Shown piece by piece: positions 17,382-26,608 of a stretch of DNA of 64,000 nucleotides. The notes under the pieces were generated by a model. That model saw only the letters and a program-made list of their open reading frames with translations, was not told the origin of the DNA and did no database searches. Source of the DNA: Bacteroidota bacterium (GTDB lineage: Bacteria > Bacteroidota > Bacteroidia > Chitinophagales > UBA10324). Location of the stretch: NCBI GenBank assembly GCA_014190575.1, contig BJGQ01000001.1, positions 123,664 through 187,663 on the forward strand. Reading direction: 5' to 3'. The first letter of the stretch is position 1, and each line of letters starts with the position of its first letter. The translations under genes and the position numbers were made by a program.

Positions 17382-17930
17382 ATGCAGCCTCGCATTATTC
17401 TTACACCCGAAAAATTCTCTTTCACTATTGAAAGATTATGCAGGCAGTTAATTGAAGTTCACGGCGATTTCACAAACTCCATTCTTATCGGTGTTCAGCC
17501 TCGCGGTATAATTTTAGGCAAGCGCATTCAGTCTCGACTTTCAGAATTATTGAAAAAGGAAATCACATTCGGAACCATTGACCCGACCTTTTACAGAGAT
17601 GATTTTCGTTCATCAGAAAAACAACTCACCCCTGCACAAACCGAAATAGATTTTATGGTGGAAGGAAAAAAAGTAGTGCTCGTTGATGATGTGTTGTATT
17701 CCGGTAGAACTATTCGTGCTGCGATGGATGCATTGCTTGATTTTGGTAGAGCAGAAAAAGTTGAACTGTTGGTGTTGGTTGACCGAAGATTTACAAGGCA
17801 TTTACCGATACAACCTGATTATGTAGGGAAAAGTATTGATAGCATCAGCAGCGAGAAAGTAAAAGTGGAGTGGAAAGAAAAAGAAGGACACGACCAAATC
17901 TGGATCATACCTAAAACTGATAAAGAATGA
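17382..17930 (+). CDS. pyrR: PyrR (bifunctional pyr regulator / uracil phosphoribosyltransferase family)
   Basis: 182 aa. The PRPP-binding motif is 'VVLVDDVLYSGRTIRAAMDAL'. The overall layout is PyrR-like. The gene overlaps pyrB by 4 nt (ATGA). Confidence 0.9.
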   Translation: MQPRIILTPEKFSFTIERLCRQLIEVHGDFTNSILIGVQPRGIILGKRIQSRLSELLKKEITFGTIDPTFYRDDFRSSEKQLTPAQTEIDFMVEGKKVVLVDDVLYSGRTIRAAMDALLDFGRAEKVELLVLVDRRFTRHLPIQPDYVGKSIDSISSEKVKVEWKEKEGHDQIWIIPKTDKE

Positions 17931-18850
17931 GTGCACTCAGCGTTAAACATTTACTTGGAATAAAGTATTTAACCGTTGACGACATTGAACTCATTTTTAA
18001 AACCACTGATAGTTTCAAGGAAGTTATTAATCGTCCGATAAAAAAAGTTCCGACACTTCGCGACACAACTGTGGTGAATTTATTTTTTGAGAACAGTACA
18101 CGCACACGCATTTCATTTGAATTGGCGGAGCGAAGATTGAGTGCTGATATAGTAAATTTCAGTGCAAGTTCTTCATCAGTCAGCAAGGGAGAAACCCTGA
18201 TTGATACAGTTAATAATATTCTTGCCATGAAAGTGGATATGGTGGTGATGCGGCATCCTGCTCCAGGTGCTCCTGTTTTTTTATCGCGACACATTGATGC
18301 AAGTATTATTAACGCAGGCGATGGCACTCACGAACACCCAACACAGGCTTTACTCGATGCTTATTCCATCAGAGAAAAACTTGGAAGTATAAAAGGAAAA
18401 AAGATTTGCATCATTGGAGATATTCGACACAGCAGGGTAGCATTATCTAATATTTATTGTTTGAAAAAATTAGGTGCTGAAGTAATGCTGGTTGGCCCTC
18501 CTACTCTGATGCCAACATACATTGAATCACTTGGTGTTAAAGTGGAATACAATTTAAAGAAAGCATTGGAATGGTGCGATGTGGCCAATGTGTTGCGCAT
18601 TCAATTAGAAAGACAAGACATAAAATATTTTCCATCGCTGCGCGAGTATGCATTGTACTTCGGAATCAATAAACCTTTACTCGACTCATTGAAAAAAGAA
18701 ATTGTAATCATGCACCCGGGCCCTATTAACCGTGGTGTTGAAATAACCAGTGATGTTGCTGACAGTGCTCATTCAATTATTCTCGATCAAGTTGAGAATG
18801 GGGTTGCAATAAGAATGGCCACACTTTATTTATTGAGCGGAAGAAGATAA
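17927..18850 (+). CDS. pyrB: aspartate carbamoyltransferase catalytic subunit
   Basis: 307 aa. It carries 'FFENSTRTRISFELA' (the carbamoyl-phosphate-binding STRTR motif), 'HPTQALLD' and 'HPGPINRGVE'. Confidence 0.95.
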   Translation: MSALSVKHLLGIKYLTVDDIELIFKTTDSFKEVINRPIKKVPTLRDTTVVNLFFENSTRTRISFELAERRLSADIVNFSASSSSVSKGETLIDTVNNILAMKVDMVVMRHPAPGAPVFLSRHIDASIINAGDGTHEHPTQALLDAYSIREKLGSIKGKKICIIGDIRHSRVALSNIYCLKKLGAEVMLVGPPTLMPTYIESLGVKVEYNLKKALEWCDVANVLRIQLERQDIKYFPSLREYALYFGINKPLLDSLKKEIVIMHPGPINRGVEITSDVADSAHSIILDQVENGVAIRMATLYLLSGRR

Positions 18851-18916
18851 TAAAACTTGTAATTCATGAATGTTGGATAGTAAAAAAAATTATTAAACAA
18901 CTAATTTCCGGTTTAA

Positions 18917-19933
18917 TTAAAACCTCGGACAAAAAACTATTTTCTTATTAAAGTGAGGGATACATCCGATATATATTATAGAAAGCTCAGGTCCTCCTTT
19001 TGATTCGCTTGGTGAAGAAAAATCTGATATTGTTATATCATAATTGAAAGCGAAGCTAAATTGATCAACATCAAAACGAGTAACAATAACCCAAGCATCA
19101 TTCCATCTTAGCCATGGGCCAAGATATACACCATACTTACTGTTTTTCATCTTATCCAAATTTATTCTTACAAAACTCCCCATTACTAATTCATGATTTG
19201 GCCCTTGAAGTGAATATTGCAGTTTCGGATAAAATTCAAACCTTGAACTTGCATGTAAGTTAGCACCCATATTAAATACTAACTTTCTGAAAACTTTGGA
19301 GCTATCATCATCCAAAAAAGATTTTTTTGGTTTATTAATATGAAAGACAGCCAATCCCATTGTAAAACTATTTTGAAAAGTCGGGGGTATAAAATTATAA
19401 GCAACTCCTGCTGACAAATCAAAATAAGTCAAAGTACTTAATGCAACATTTTCTTGTGTAGCAACTTGTGATTGAAAAGGAATGTATTGATCACTGAATA
19501 AAAGATTGGTGTAATCAATATTTGCCGATGTCATTCCCAGCATAATTCCTCCTCCTAAATAATGATGACTGAATTTATCTAATGTCCGATGAACACTTCC
19601 GGCAAATCCAAATTGTGTAGTTGTAAATTTTGAATCGCCGGCCTTATCAACCGATGCATCTAAACCAAGGCCTATAATATTTTTATTTTTTCCTTTTATT
19701 CGTCGAATATCTCCTGATGCATGAAAAGTTGTAAATGGCTTAGTTACACTTCTCCATTGATTTCTATAATTAGCGATTAGTCGATAATCACAATTAAAAA
19801 ATCCTGCGTTCGCCGGGTTCTGCAACAAAGGAGTAGTATAAAATTGAGAGAAATGAATGTCCTGAGCTTTCACATTTAAGAAGGTGAAAAAAAAAATTAA
19901 ATTCAACACTAAAATTTTCACATTTCTTGTCAT
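18917..19933 (-). CDS. T9SS membrane protein, PorP/SprF family (adaptor candidate for the upstream giant)
   Basis: 338 aa. After the signal peptide comes 'AQDIHFSQFYTTPLLQNPANAGF...DYRLIANYRNQW', the family hallmark. It ends '...FCPRF'. Its start codon overlaps the stop of the 19930-25647 gene (ATGA). Confidence 0.9.
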   Translation of the reverse strand: MTRNVKILVLNLIFFFTFLNVKAQDIHFSQFYTTPLLQNPANAGFFNCDYRLIANYRNQWRSVTKPFTTFHASGDIRRIKGKNKNIIGLGLDASVDKAGDSKFTTTQFGFAGSVHRTLDKFSHHYLGGGIMLGMTSANIDYTNLLFSDQYIPFQSQVATQENVALSTLTYFDLSAGVAYNFIPPTFQNSFTMGLAVFHINKPKKSFLDDDSSKVFRKLVFNMGANLHASSRFEFYPKLQYSLQGPNHELVMGSFVRINLDKMKNSKYGVYLGPWLRWNDAWVIVTRFDVDQFSFAFNYDITISDFSSPSESKGGPELSIIYIGCIPHFNKKIVFCPRF

Positions 19934-22900
19934 CTTATTAAAGTAATATTTCCTTGTTTGCGTATCAATTCACCAGTACTGCATACTGCTTCTAAAAAAT
20001 AATCAAAAACTTCAGGCTCACTTTTCTTTCCATTAATTTTTCCATCCCAAGTTGCATTAAAATCAGTCGTTTCAAAAACCAATTGCCCCCATCGATTATA
20101 AATTTTTAAAAAGTGAAGTTCAGTAATACCAACTCCATTTAAATGAAATTCATCATTCTTTCCATCTCCGTTTGGAGTAAATGCATTGGGCACAAATAGC
20201 ACATTGTCATTACAATAAACATTTACCTTAGTTGTATCTTCATCTTTACATCCATTCAAATCAGTTAATGTAACAATATAAATAGTTGTTTGTAATGGAT
20301 TCGCAATTGGATTTTCACAAACATAACAGGTTAATGTTGAATCAGGCAACCATTGGAAATTTCCAGTTCCAGGAGTTAAGGAGTTGTAACCAGATAATTG
20401 TGCTGTTGTTCCAACTAAAATAGTTTGATCAGGACCGGCAACAACAACTGGCAAAGGATAAATGCAAACTTCAACATCACCTGTATCAGCATAACAACCC
20501 AACGAATCTGATACATAAATTGTGTAGGTTGTTGCAGTTAAAGGTGTTGCAGTTACACATGAATTTGTTGAGGAATCCAACCCAATTATTGGCTTCCATT
20601 TAAAAGTACTTTGGGTTGAAGAAATTGCACATAGTTCTGCTGTTTCACCAATGCAGAAACAAGTATCAGTTGGATAGGTTACAGTAAATGGAAATAAAAC
20701 AAATACTGTGATTGAATCAATACCCTCACAGCCATAAACATCAGTTCCTGTTACAGTATAAATAGTTGTATCAAATCCAGGCCCGCCACAAATCGGATTT
20801 GAAATTGATGTATTCAACAAACCATTTGAAGGCGACCAACTATAAAAAATTGCTCCTGTAACTGTTAACTGGGTATATGTATCTGAACAAATTTTCCTGT
20901 CTGGTCCGGCATTAACATTGGGTAATGGATGAACAGTAATGATTACTGAATCACTATTTGTACAACCATTCGCATCGGTTACAGTTAATGTATAGGTTGT
21001 TGTAATCGTTGGGCTTGCAATTGGATTAAAAATCGTACTGTCATTTAGTGAGTTTGATGGTTTCCATAAATAAATATTCGCATTTGAAGTTCCATTCAAT
21101 TGCGTAGAAAGCCCATAACAAAATTCATCAGAGTCTCCTGCATCAACAGTTGGAAATGGAAGAACGACAATGGTAGCTGAAGTATCATCACCACAAGTAC
21201 CAACAAAGGCGGTTACAGTAAATATTAAAGTTGTGTCATCTATATTTGGAGTAACGGTAATTGAAGAGGTTGTTTCACCAGTATTCCAATGATAAGTTAA
21301 TCCACCACTTGCAGTTAAAGTAATAGAACTACCCGGACAAATTGAATCCCCTGCTGTAATTGTTGCAGTTGGTGGTGGAGTAATTGTTATAGAAACGCTA
21401 TCCTTACCCGTGCATCCTGCAGCATCAGTTACTGTTAAATAATATGTGGAGTTTGCAATTGGAGACACAGTAATTGAAATAGTTGTTTCTCCTGTACTCC
21501 ATAAAAAACCAGTTCCACCTGTTCCATTTAAAATTGTTGATGAGTCGCTACAAATTATAACATTGGTTCCTGCATCAGCAATTGGTGGTGGTGATATAGT
21601 AACTGTAGTTGCAGCAGAATCATTGCAACCATTACAACCATATACAATAAAAGATATGGAATATGTACCTGGATTTAGGTATAAATGTGCAGGATTAAAT
21701 AAAGTTGAGGTTGTGCCATCACCAAAATCCCAAAGCACATTGCAAACTGTACTTGAACCACTTGTATCCGCAACAAAATTTGTTGAATCGCCAAAACATA
21801 ACGCATTAACTGGCGGAACAGGAATTGCTGTCGGGGCTTCTGTTACATGAATAGTATCGCGGGCAGTATCAGTGCATCCACCAACTGATGTAATAACCAA
21901 TGAAACAATAAAATCACCAAAAGTATTAAAGTAAACAGGTGGTGGATTTTGAAGATTGGAAGTTCCCTGACCACCAAAATCCCATTGCCAACTTACAATA
22001 TGATTGATTGGAACTCCTGAAAAATCATTTCCTCCGAATGACCATGAATTATCAGTGAAAGTAACAGTACCATTAGAACATAAATCATTTGTACTTGAGT
22101 TAAATTTTGCAAGAGGATGTACCAAAACTAAAGTATCAACTATTCTGGAATAAGTGCAATTAATACCATCACTTAAAACTACAGTAGGATAAAAAACTCC
22201 CGTATCAGGCATTGTGTAAGTATGACTTGCAGCAGAATAAATGAGCCCTGTTCCACCATACAATGGACTACCATCTCCAAATGACCAAAAAAAGCTAACG
22301 GAGTTCGTTGGGTTTAAATCAAAACTAATTAACTGCGGTAAACAGGTTGTATCTGGCGTTGCACTTGGATTTGCAAATGGGCCACCAATATTTATATAAT
22401 TTGGTTTTACAACAATGGTAGAACATCCAAGACAGGTATCGGTTGCGATAAGACCAACTGTAAATGATCCTGAATAAAGGTAAATATGAAATGGATTTTC
22501 AATTGATGAATGTGTACCATCACCAAAGCTCCAATAATATTTACCGCAACCATTAGGAATTAATGGTGATACAAAAAAAGTATCTTGTAATTCAGGACAA
22601 TTTGTACCAAGGCTTGTAGCATAAAAATCAACACTTACCTGCCCAACAATAATATAATTTATCTTAGTTAATGTACTGGAACATCCATTGCTATCAGTAC
22701 AAGTTAACGAAACTGTATAGGTTCCGGCGCTTTGGTAAGTATGGCATGGGAAAGCTAGAATGGATGAATCACCATCTCCAAAATCCCATACATAAGTTAA
22801 AAGAAGTCCGGTTGAATTATTAATAAAACATGCCTCAAATCCTAAACAAATAGTTGTATCAGGAACATAAAAATTAACAACTGGTACTTGAGCATTTACA

Positions 22901-25647
22901 TATGCAACAGTTGAATCAATACTAACACACCCATACTGATCAGTAACTTTTTCAGTAACTGTAAAGGTTCCGTTGGTTGTATAGTTATGAGTTACAACCG
23001 GATTGGTTGAAGGAGGAGTAAAACCCTGGCCATCTCCAAAATTAAAACTGTACAATGTTGGTGTAGAAACACAGTTCGCATTTGTGGTGTCGGTAAATGT
23101 TACTACAAAAGGGGCGCAGCCACTCAACACATCCCCGAAAAATCCAGGATTAACACCACGAACAACAACATCCCATTCCAAACTATCCACGCATCCATTT
23201 AAAGCAAAAACTTTTAATTTAACATGATACTTTCCGGGGCCAGGAAAATGTATAGAACTATCAGAAGGGAACCAAACAGGGGAAGTACTGAACAAGGCAG
23301 GCAGGTAAGCGCCCCCATTACATGAATCATAAATTTTCCACGCATAGTTTGAAGCACCAATTGTATGATTGACGACATGCGAAGTATTTGGAAAACAAAC
23401 AATGGTATCTATTGTTGCATCAGGTTGAAGATTTCGTAAAAAAACTATAACCGATACCGAATCACAACACCCTGAAGCAATATTGCAGATTTTTAACTTA
23501 GCCAGATACGATGCATTAGGATTCGGCATTGGATAAGTTACTGTAACCAAACCATTTGAAGAAGTACTTGGTGTTCCCCCTACAAAAGTCCATATATATA
23601 CATCAGCGCCAACAGAACTGGTACCATCATAATAAACCACATTAGGGCTATCGCAATTAACTGTAAATTCTAATTTAGGAATTGGAGGCAAAATGCACAC
23701 ATATTTTATTTTGGTAAGTGTATCGTTACATCCACAATTTTTTGAAATTAACATCACATCAAAACAACCGGTATCCTGATATAAATGTGATGGACACGGA
23801 TTAAAATCCTGACACCCCGGACCATCTCCAAAATTCCAACACCATGCCTGACAAGGTTTAAAACAAATTCCATTTGGGCACGCCGGATTACCACAAGTAT
23901 CAATTGTACAATTTGTAAACACAACAGGAACCGGGGCGCAAGTAGTTAATGGAGTTGCAGAAAAACATGGGTTCGTGTGTTCACCAACACAAATAGGAAT
24001 TCCGGGGAAATAATTTGTTACAGAATCTTTACAGCCTAAAGCATTTACAATTTTCAATTTTACATTATAACATCCCGCAGTTGGGAAATTTAAAGTAGGA
24101 GTTGGACCTAAGTTCTGGTTCGCAATGCAAGGAGGTGCTCCTACTTCCTGCACACACCACAAATATTGAGTAGGACTTCCGGTGCTGCAACCTGCATTAA
24201 AATTTAACGATAATGGTGCGCAGTATTTTCCGGCAGTTGGTAAATTTGTTATTGTATAACAAGCATGCGGGCAATCAATTTTCACAGTATCGTTTAAATA
24301 AACTGAAGAGTCGCAACCACCTGGACCTGTTACGGTAAGAGATATTCCATATTGCCCACAGGCATTGTAAGTTATATTTCCTGGATTTTGTAATGTAGAT
24401 GAACTTGGTGTACCACCAGGGAACTGCCAATTATATGTCCAAGGGCCGGCAGCTCCGCAATACTGAACATTTACTGTTTGAGGATAAGAACATGCAGGAG
24501 CATTACTAGTAAGATTTATACAGGCAACCGGTTTAGCATATACATGAATTGTTCTTGGAGGTGCAACTACCGCGCAGCCATTAACAATTGCACTAAGCGA
24601 AATTGAATAAGTTCCAGGGCAAGAAAAACAATAATCAACTGCTGCTGTATTTTGAGTTGTATTTGGTGTTACACATGTTGTTGGGCTAATATTCCATGTA
24701 TAAGATGTTGAAGGGCCTGTACCGGCATGAACGCATTCACCAACGCACAAATTCGTATCACTTAAAATTATTGAAGTGGAACTATTTCCAACATTAATCA
24801 TGTTGGGAACAAATTCAGTACTGGTACATCCGTTTTGGTCGGTTACAACGCAAGTTACATCCCATGAGCCAGGGCCATAAACTATTCCGTTCGGACATGG
24901 TAAAGCTGAAGTTCCAGGTGTTCCTCCCTGAAAAGTCCATGAATAGGTATAAGGAGGAGCACCGTTAACAACAGGTGGCGCACAAAAATCAACCGTTAAA
25001 TTATTGAGACAAGTTGTTGTAATACCTAATGCACTAATTGTAAACGAAGGAGGTGGTGTGATACAAACGGCATTGGCAATAGAAGTATCATCATTACAAC
25101 CATGATTGTTTGTAATTACCAAAGTAGCGCAAAAGCAACCTGAATCTTCGGGATAGGTATAGCTTGGATTCGCACTGTTTAATTGTTGTCCGTTGCACAT
25201 ATCCCATACATAACTTAACGAACTTGAACCGGCACCAACAGTTGAACAACTGCTGTTAAAAGAAAATTGTGTTCCTGCACAAGCTGCAGGTATGTTTACT
25301 ATAAAACAAGCATGAGGATCACAGTAAATTGGAACCGGTTTTGTTTTTGTTAAAATCGCCGAACCTCCTCCATTAATTACCAATGTTACTTGCAATGCAG
25401 GATTACAAACTGGAAAATTTACAATTATAGGCCCTTGTGATGTAGAAGTTGAAGGCACTGCTCCTGCTCCAAAATCCCAACTCCAACTTGTTGCGCCAAC
25501 AGAAGCATCAGAAAAAATAACAGTTACCCCTTCGCAATAAGGTGTATTAGCCGGAGTTGAAGCTTTGGTAAAATCAGCACTCTGTGCAAGTATGTTGCTG
25601 ACAGAAAAAAAAGAAATAAATATTGTGAGTTGTAAAAGTTTTCTCAT
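19930..25647 (-). CDS. giant (1905 aa) PKD-like/Ig-like repeat protein with T9SS type-B CTD
   Basis: It has a signal peptide and many PKD-like modules (recurring 'W(D/S/N)FGDG...' with paired Cys). These are followed by Ig-like 'ICxGxSxxLxAxGGxxYxW' modules. The terminal sequence is 'VLFVPNAFTPNGDGKNDEF...YNRWGQLVFET...WDGKINGK...GNITLIR'. Confidence 0.9.
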   Translation of the reverse strand: MRKLLQLTIFISFFSVSNILAQSADFTKASTPANTPYCEGVTVIFSDASVGATSWSWDFGAGAVPSTSTSQGPIIVNFPVCNPALQVTLVINGGGSAILTKTKPVPIYCDPHACFIVNIPAACAGTQFSFNSSCSTVGAGSSSLSYVWDMCNGQQLNSANPSYTYPEDSGCFCATLVITNNHGCNDDTSIANAVCITPPPSFTISALGITTTCLNNLTVDFCAPPVVNGAPPYTYSWTFQGGTPGTSALPCPNGIVYGPGSWDVTCVVTDQNGCTSTEFVPNMINVGNSSTSIILSDTNLCVGECVHAGTGPSTSYTWNISPTTCVTPNTTQNTAAVDYCFSCPGTYSISLSAIVNGCAVVAPPRTIHVYAKPVACINLTSNAPACSYPQTVNVQYCGAAGPWTYNWQFPGGTPSSSTLQNPGNITYNACGQYGISLTVTGPGGCDSSVYLNDTVKIDCPHACYTITNLPTAGKYCAPLSLNFNAGCSTGSPTQYLWCVQEVGAPPCIANQNLGPTPTLNFPTAGCYNVKLKIVNALGCKDSVTNYFPGIPICVGEHTNPCFSATPLTTCAPVPVVFTNCTIDTCGNPACPNGICFKPCQAWCWNFGDGPGCQDFNPCPSHLYQDTGCFDVMLISKNCGCNDTLTKIKYVCILPPIPKLEFTVNCDSPNVVYYDGTSSVGADVYIWTFVGGTPSTSSNGLVTVTYPMPNPNASYLAKLKICNIASGCCDSVSVIVFLRNLQPDATIDTIVCFPNTSHVVNHTIGASNYAWKIYDSCNGGAYLPALFSTSPVWFPSDSSIHFPGPGKYHVKLKVFALNGCVDSLEWDVVVRGVNPGFFGDVLSGCAPFVVTFTDTTNANCVSTPTLYSFNFGDGQGFTPPSTNPVVTHNYTTNGTFTVTEKVTDQYGCVSIDSTVAYVNAQVPVVNFYVPDTTICLGFEACFINNSTGLLLTYVWDFGDGDSSILAFPCHTYQSAGTYTVSLTCTDSNGCSSTLTKINYIIVGQVSVDFYATSLGTNCPELQDTFFVSPLIPNGCGKYYWSFGDGTHSSIENPFHIYLYSGSFTVGLIATDTCLGCSTIVVKPNYINIGGPFANPSATPDTTCLPQLISFDLNPTNSVSFFWSFGDGSPLYGGTGLIYSAASHTYTMPDTGVFYPTVVLSDGINCTYSRIVDTLVLVHPLAKFNSSTNDLCSNGTVTFTDNSWSFGGNDFSGVPINHIVSWQWDFGGQGTSNLQNPPPVYFNTFGDFIVSLVITSVGGCTDTARDTIHVTEAPTAIPVPPVNALCFGDSTNFVADTSGSSTVCNVLWDFGDGTTSTLFNPAHLYLNPGTYSISFIVYGCNGCNDSAATTVTISPPPIADAGTNVIICSDSSTILNGTGGTGFLWSTGETTISITVSPIANSTYYLTVTDAAGCTGKDSVSITITPPPTATITAGDSICPGSSITLTASGGLTYHWNTGETTSSITVTPNIDDTTLIFTVTAFVGTCGDDTSATIVVLPFPTVDAGDSDEFCYGLSTQLNGTSNANIYLWKPSNSLNDSTIFNPIASPTITTTYTLTVTDANGCTNSDSVIITVHPLPNVNAGPDRKICSDTYTQLTVTGAIFYSWSPSNGLLNTSISNPICGGPGFDTTIYTVTGTDVYGCEGIDSITVFVLFPFTVTYPTDTCFCIGETAELCAISSTQSTFKWKPIIGLDSSTNSCVTATPLTATTYTIYVSDSLGCYADTGDVEVCIYPLPVVVAGPDQTILVGTTAQLSGYNSLTPGTGNFQWLPDSTLTCYVCENPIANPLQTTIYIVTLTDLNGCKDEDTTKVNVYCNDNVLFVPNAFTPNGDGKNDEFHLNGVGITELHFLKIYNRWGQLVFETTDFNATWDGKINGKKSEPEVFDYFLEAVCSTGELIRKQGNITLIR

Positions 25648-25808
25648 CCGCTACTAATTGAATTCTAAAATTACTTCATTCAAATTCATAAAAAAAAATA
25701 CCTGCTACATTTTTTCACAAATCGTTTTTTTGTATTACGCAATCAATTATTGGCGCAAGTTAGTTTATAAACTTTACACAACGAACAAACAGAACTTTCA
25801 TTATCTGT

Positions 25809-25816
25809 TATTTTTG
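25809..25816 (+). promoter_or_regulatory. candidate -7 promoter element (TAnnTTTG) for the C40 peptidase gene
   Basis: 'TATTTTTG' lies 19 nt upstream of the proposed GTG start at 25835. Motif match only. Confidence 0.25.
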
Positions 25817-25834
25817 TTCAAACTTTTATACATC

Positions 25835-26608
25835 GTGTCGTTTGGAATTTGCCCGCTTGCAGTGGTACCTGTCAGAATTGAACCTTCTGATAAATCTGAA
25901 ATGGTTACGCAACTGTTATTCGGAGAAGGATTTGAAATTTTAGATGCACAACCCAAGTGGACAAAAGTGCAATTGCATTGGGATGGTTACATGGGATGGA
26001 TTGATTCCAACACAATACACACTGCTTCTTTTTCCGATATTGACGAAGAAGAGAAAAACTTTTTTTATTGCAATGACATATCAGCAATTGTCAATTCTTC
26101 ATTTGGAAAACAGGTTATTACTTTGGGTTCTTCACTACCACAACTTAAAAAAAACAAACTGAAATTAGGTGCCGAAGAATTTTCGTTTGAAGGAACTGCA
26201 TTGAACTCATCAGCCATTGAACACACTGAAATTTCAATTGAAGAACTGGCAAAAAAATATTTGAATGCTCCATACTTGTGGGGTGGAAGAAGCATATGGG
26301 GAATCGATTGCAGCGGATTCACACAACTGGTTTATAAAATGCTTGGAGAAAAACTTCGTCGTGATGCTTACCAACAAGCCGATCAGGGAATGCTGGTAAA
26401 TTTTGTTGACGAAGCTCATACCGGTGATTTAGCATTTTTTAATAATGAAGATGGAAAAATAATTCATGTTGGAATGGTGCTGAGTAAAAACAGAATCATA
26501 CATGCGAGCGGGCGTGTTCGCATTGATGTTTTGGATCATTATGGAATTTACAACCAGCAAAAAAAATCTTACTCGCACCAACTTCGTTTTATAAAAAGAA
26601 TTTTGTGA
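25835..26608 (+). CDS. C40 (NlpC/P60) family peptidase with N-terminal SH3-like domain
   Basis: 'GIDCSGFTQLVYK' carries the catalytic Cys, and 'IIHVGMV...IIHAS' the His. The N-terminal 'ICPLAVVPVRIEPSDKSEMVTQLLFGE' is typical of the start of these proteins. I prefer the in-frame GTG at 25835 (MSFGICPLAV...). The track start at 25658 is a TTG that adds 59 low-complexity residues and abuts the divergent gene. Confidence 0.8.
   Translation: MSFGICPLAVVPVRIEPSDKSEMVTQLLFGEGFEILDAQPKWTKVQLHWDGYMGWIDSNTIHTASFSDIDEEEKNFFYCNDISAIVNSSFGKQVITLGSSLPQLKKNKLKLGAEEFSFEGTALNSSAIEHTEISIEELAKKYLNAPYLWGGRSIWGIDCSGFTQLVYKMLGEKLRRDAYQQADQGMLVNFVDEAHTGDLAFFNNEDGKIIHVGMVLSKNRIIHASGRVRIDVLDHYGIYNQQKKSYSHQLRFIKRIL

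Noticed and set aside
17911-18327. 138-aa minus-strand ORF
   Set aside because: It is fully antisense to the well-supported pyrB gene, and no motif is present.
21446-21850. 134-aa plus-strand ORF inside giant A, with similar ones in giant B (e.g. 52746-52952, 53397-53591, 56409-56594) and giant C (61275-61622)
   Set aside because: They are antisense to Thr/Ser/Gly/Asn-rich repeat coding sequence, which is depleted in reverse-strand stop codons. No start context or motifs are present.
25658-25834. TTG-initiated 59-codon N-terminal extension of the C40 peptidase ORF
   Set aside because: It would start 11 nt from the divergent giant gene and leave no promoter space. The extension is low-complexity. 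An in-frame GTG at 25835 gives the N-terminus typical of this family and is preceded by a TAnnTTTG motif.
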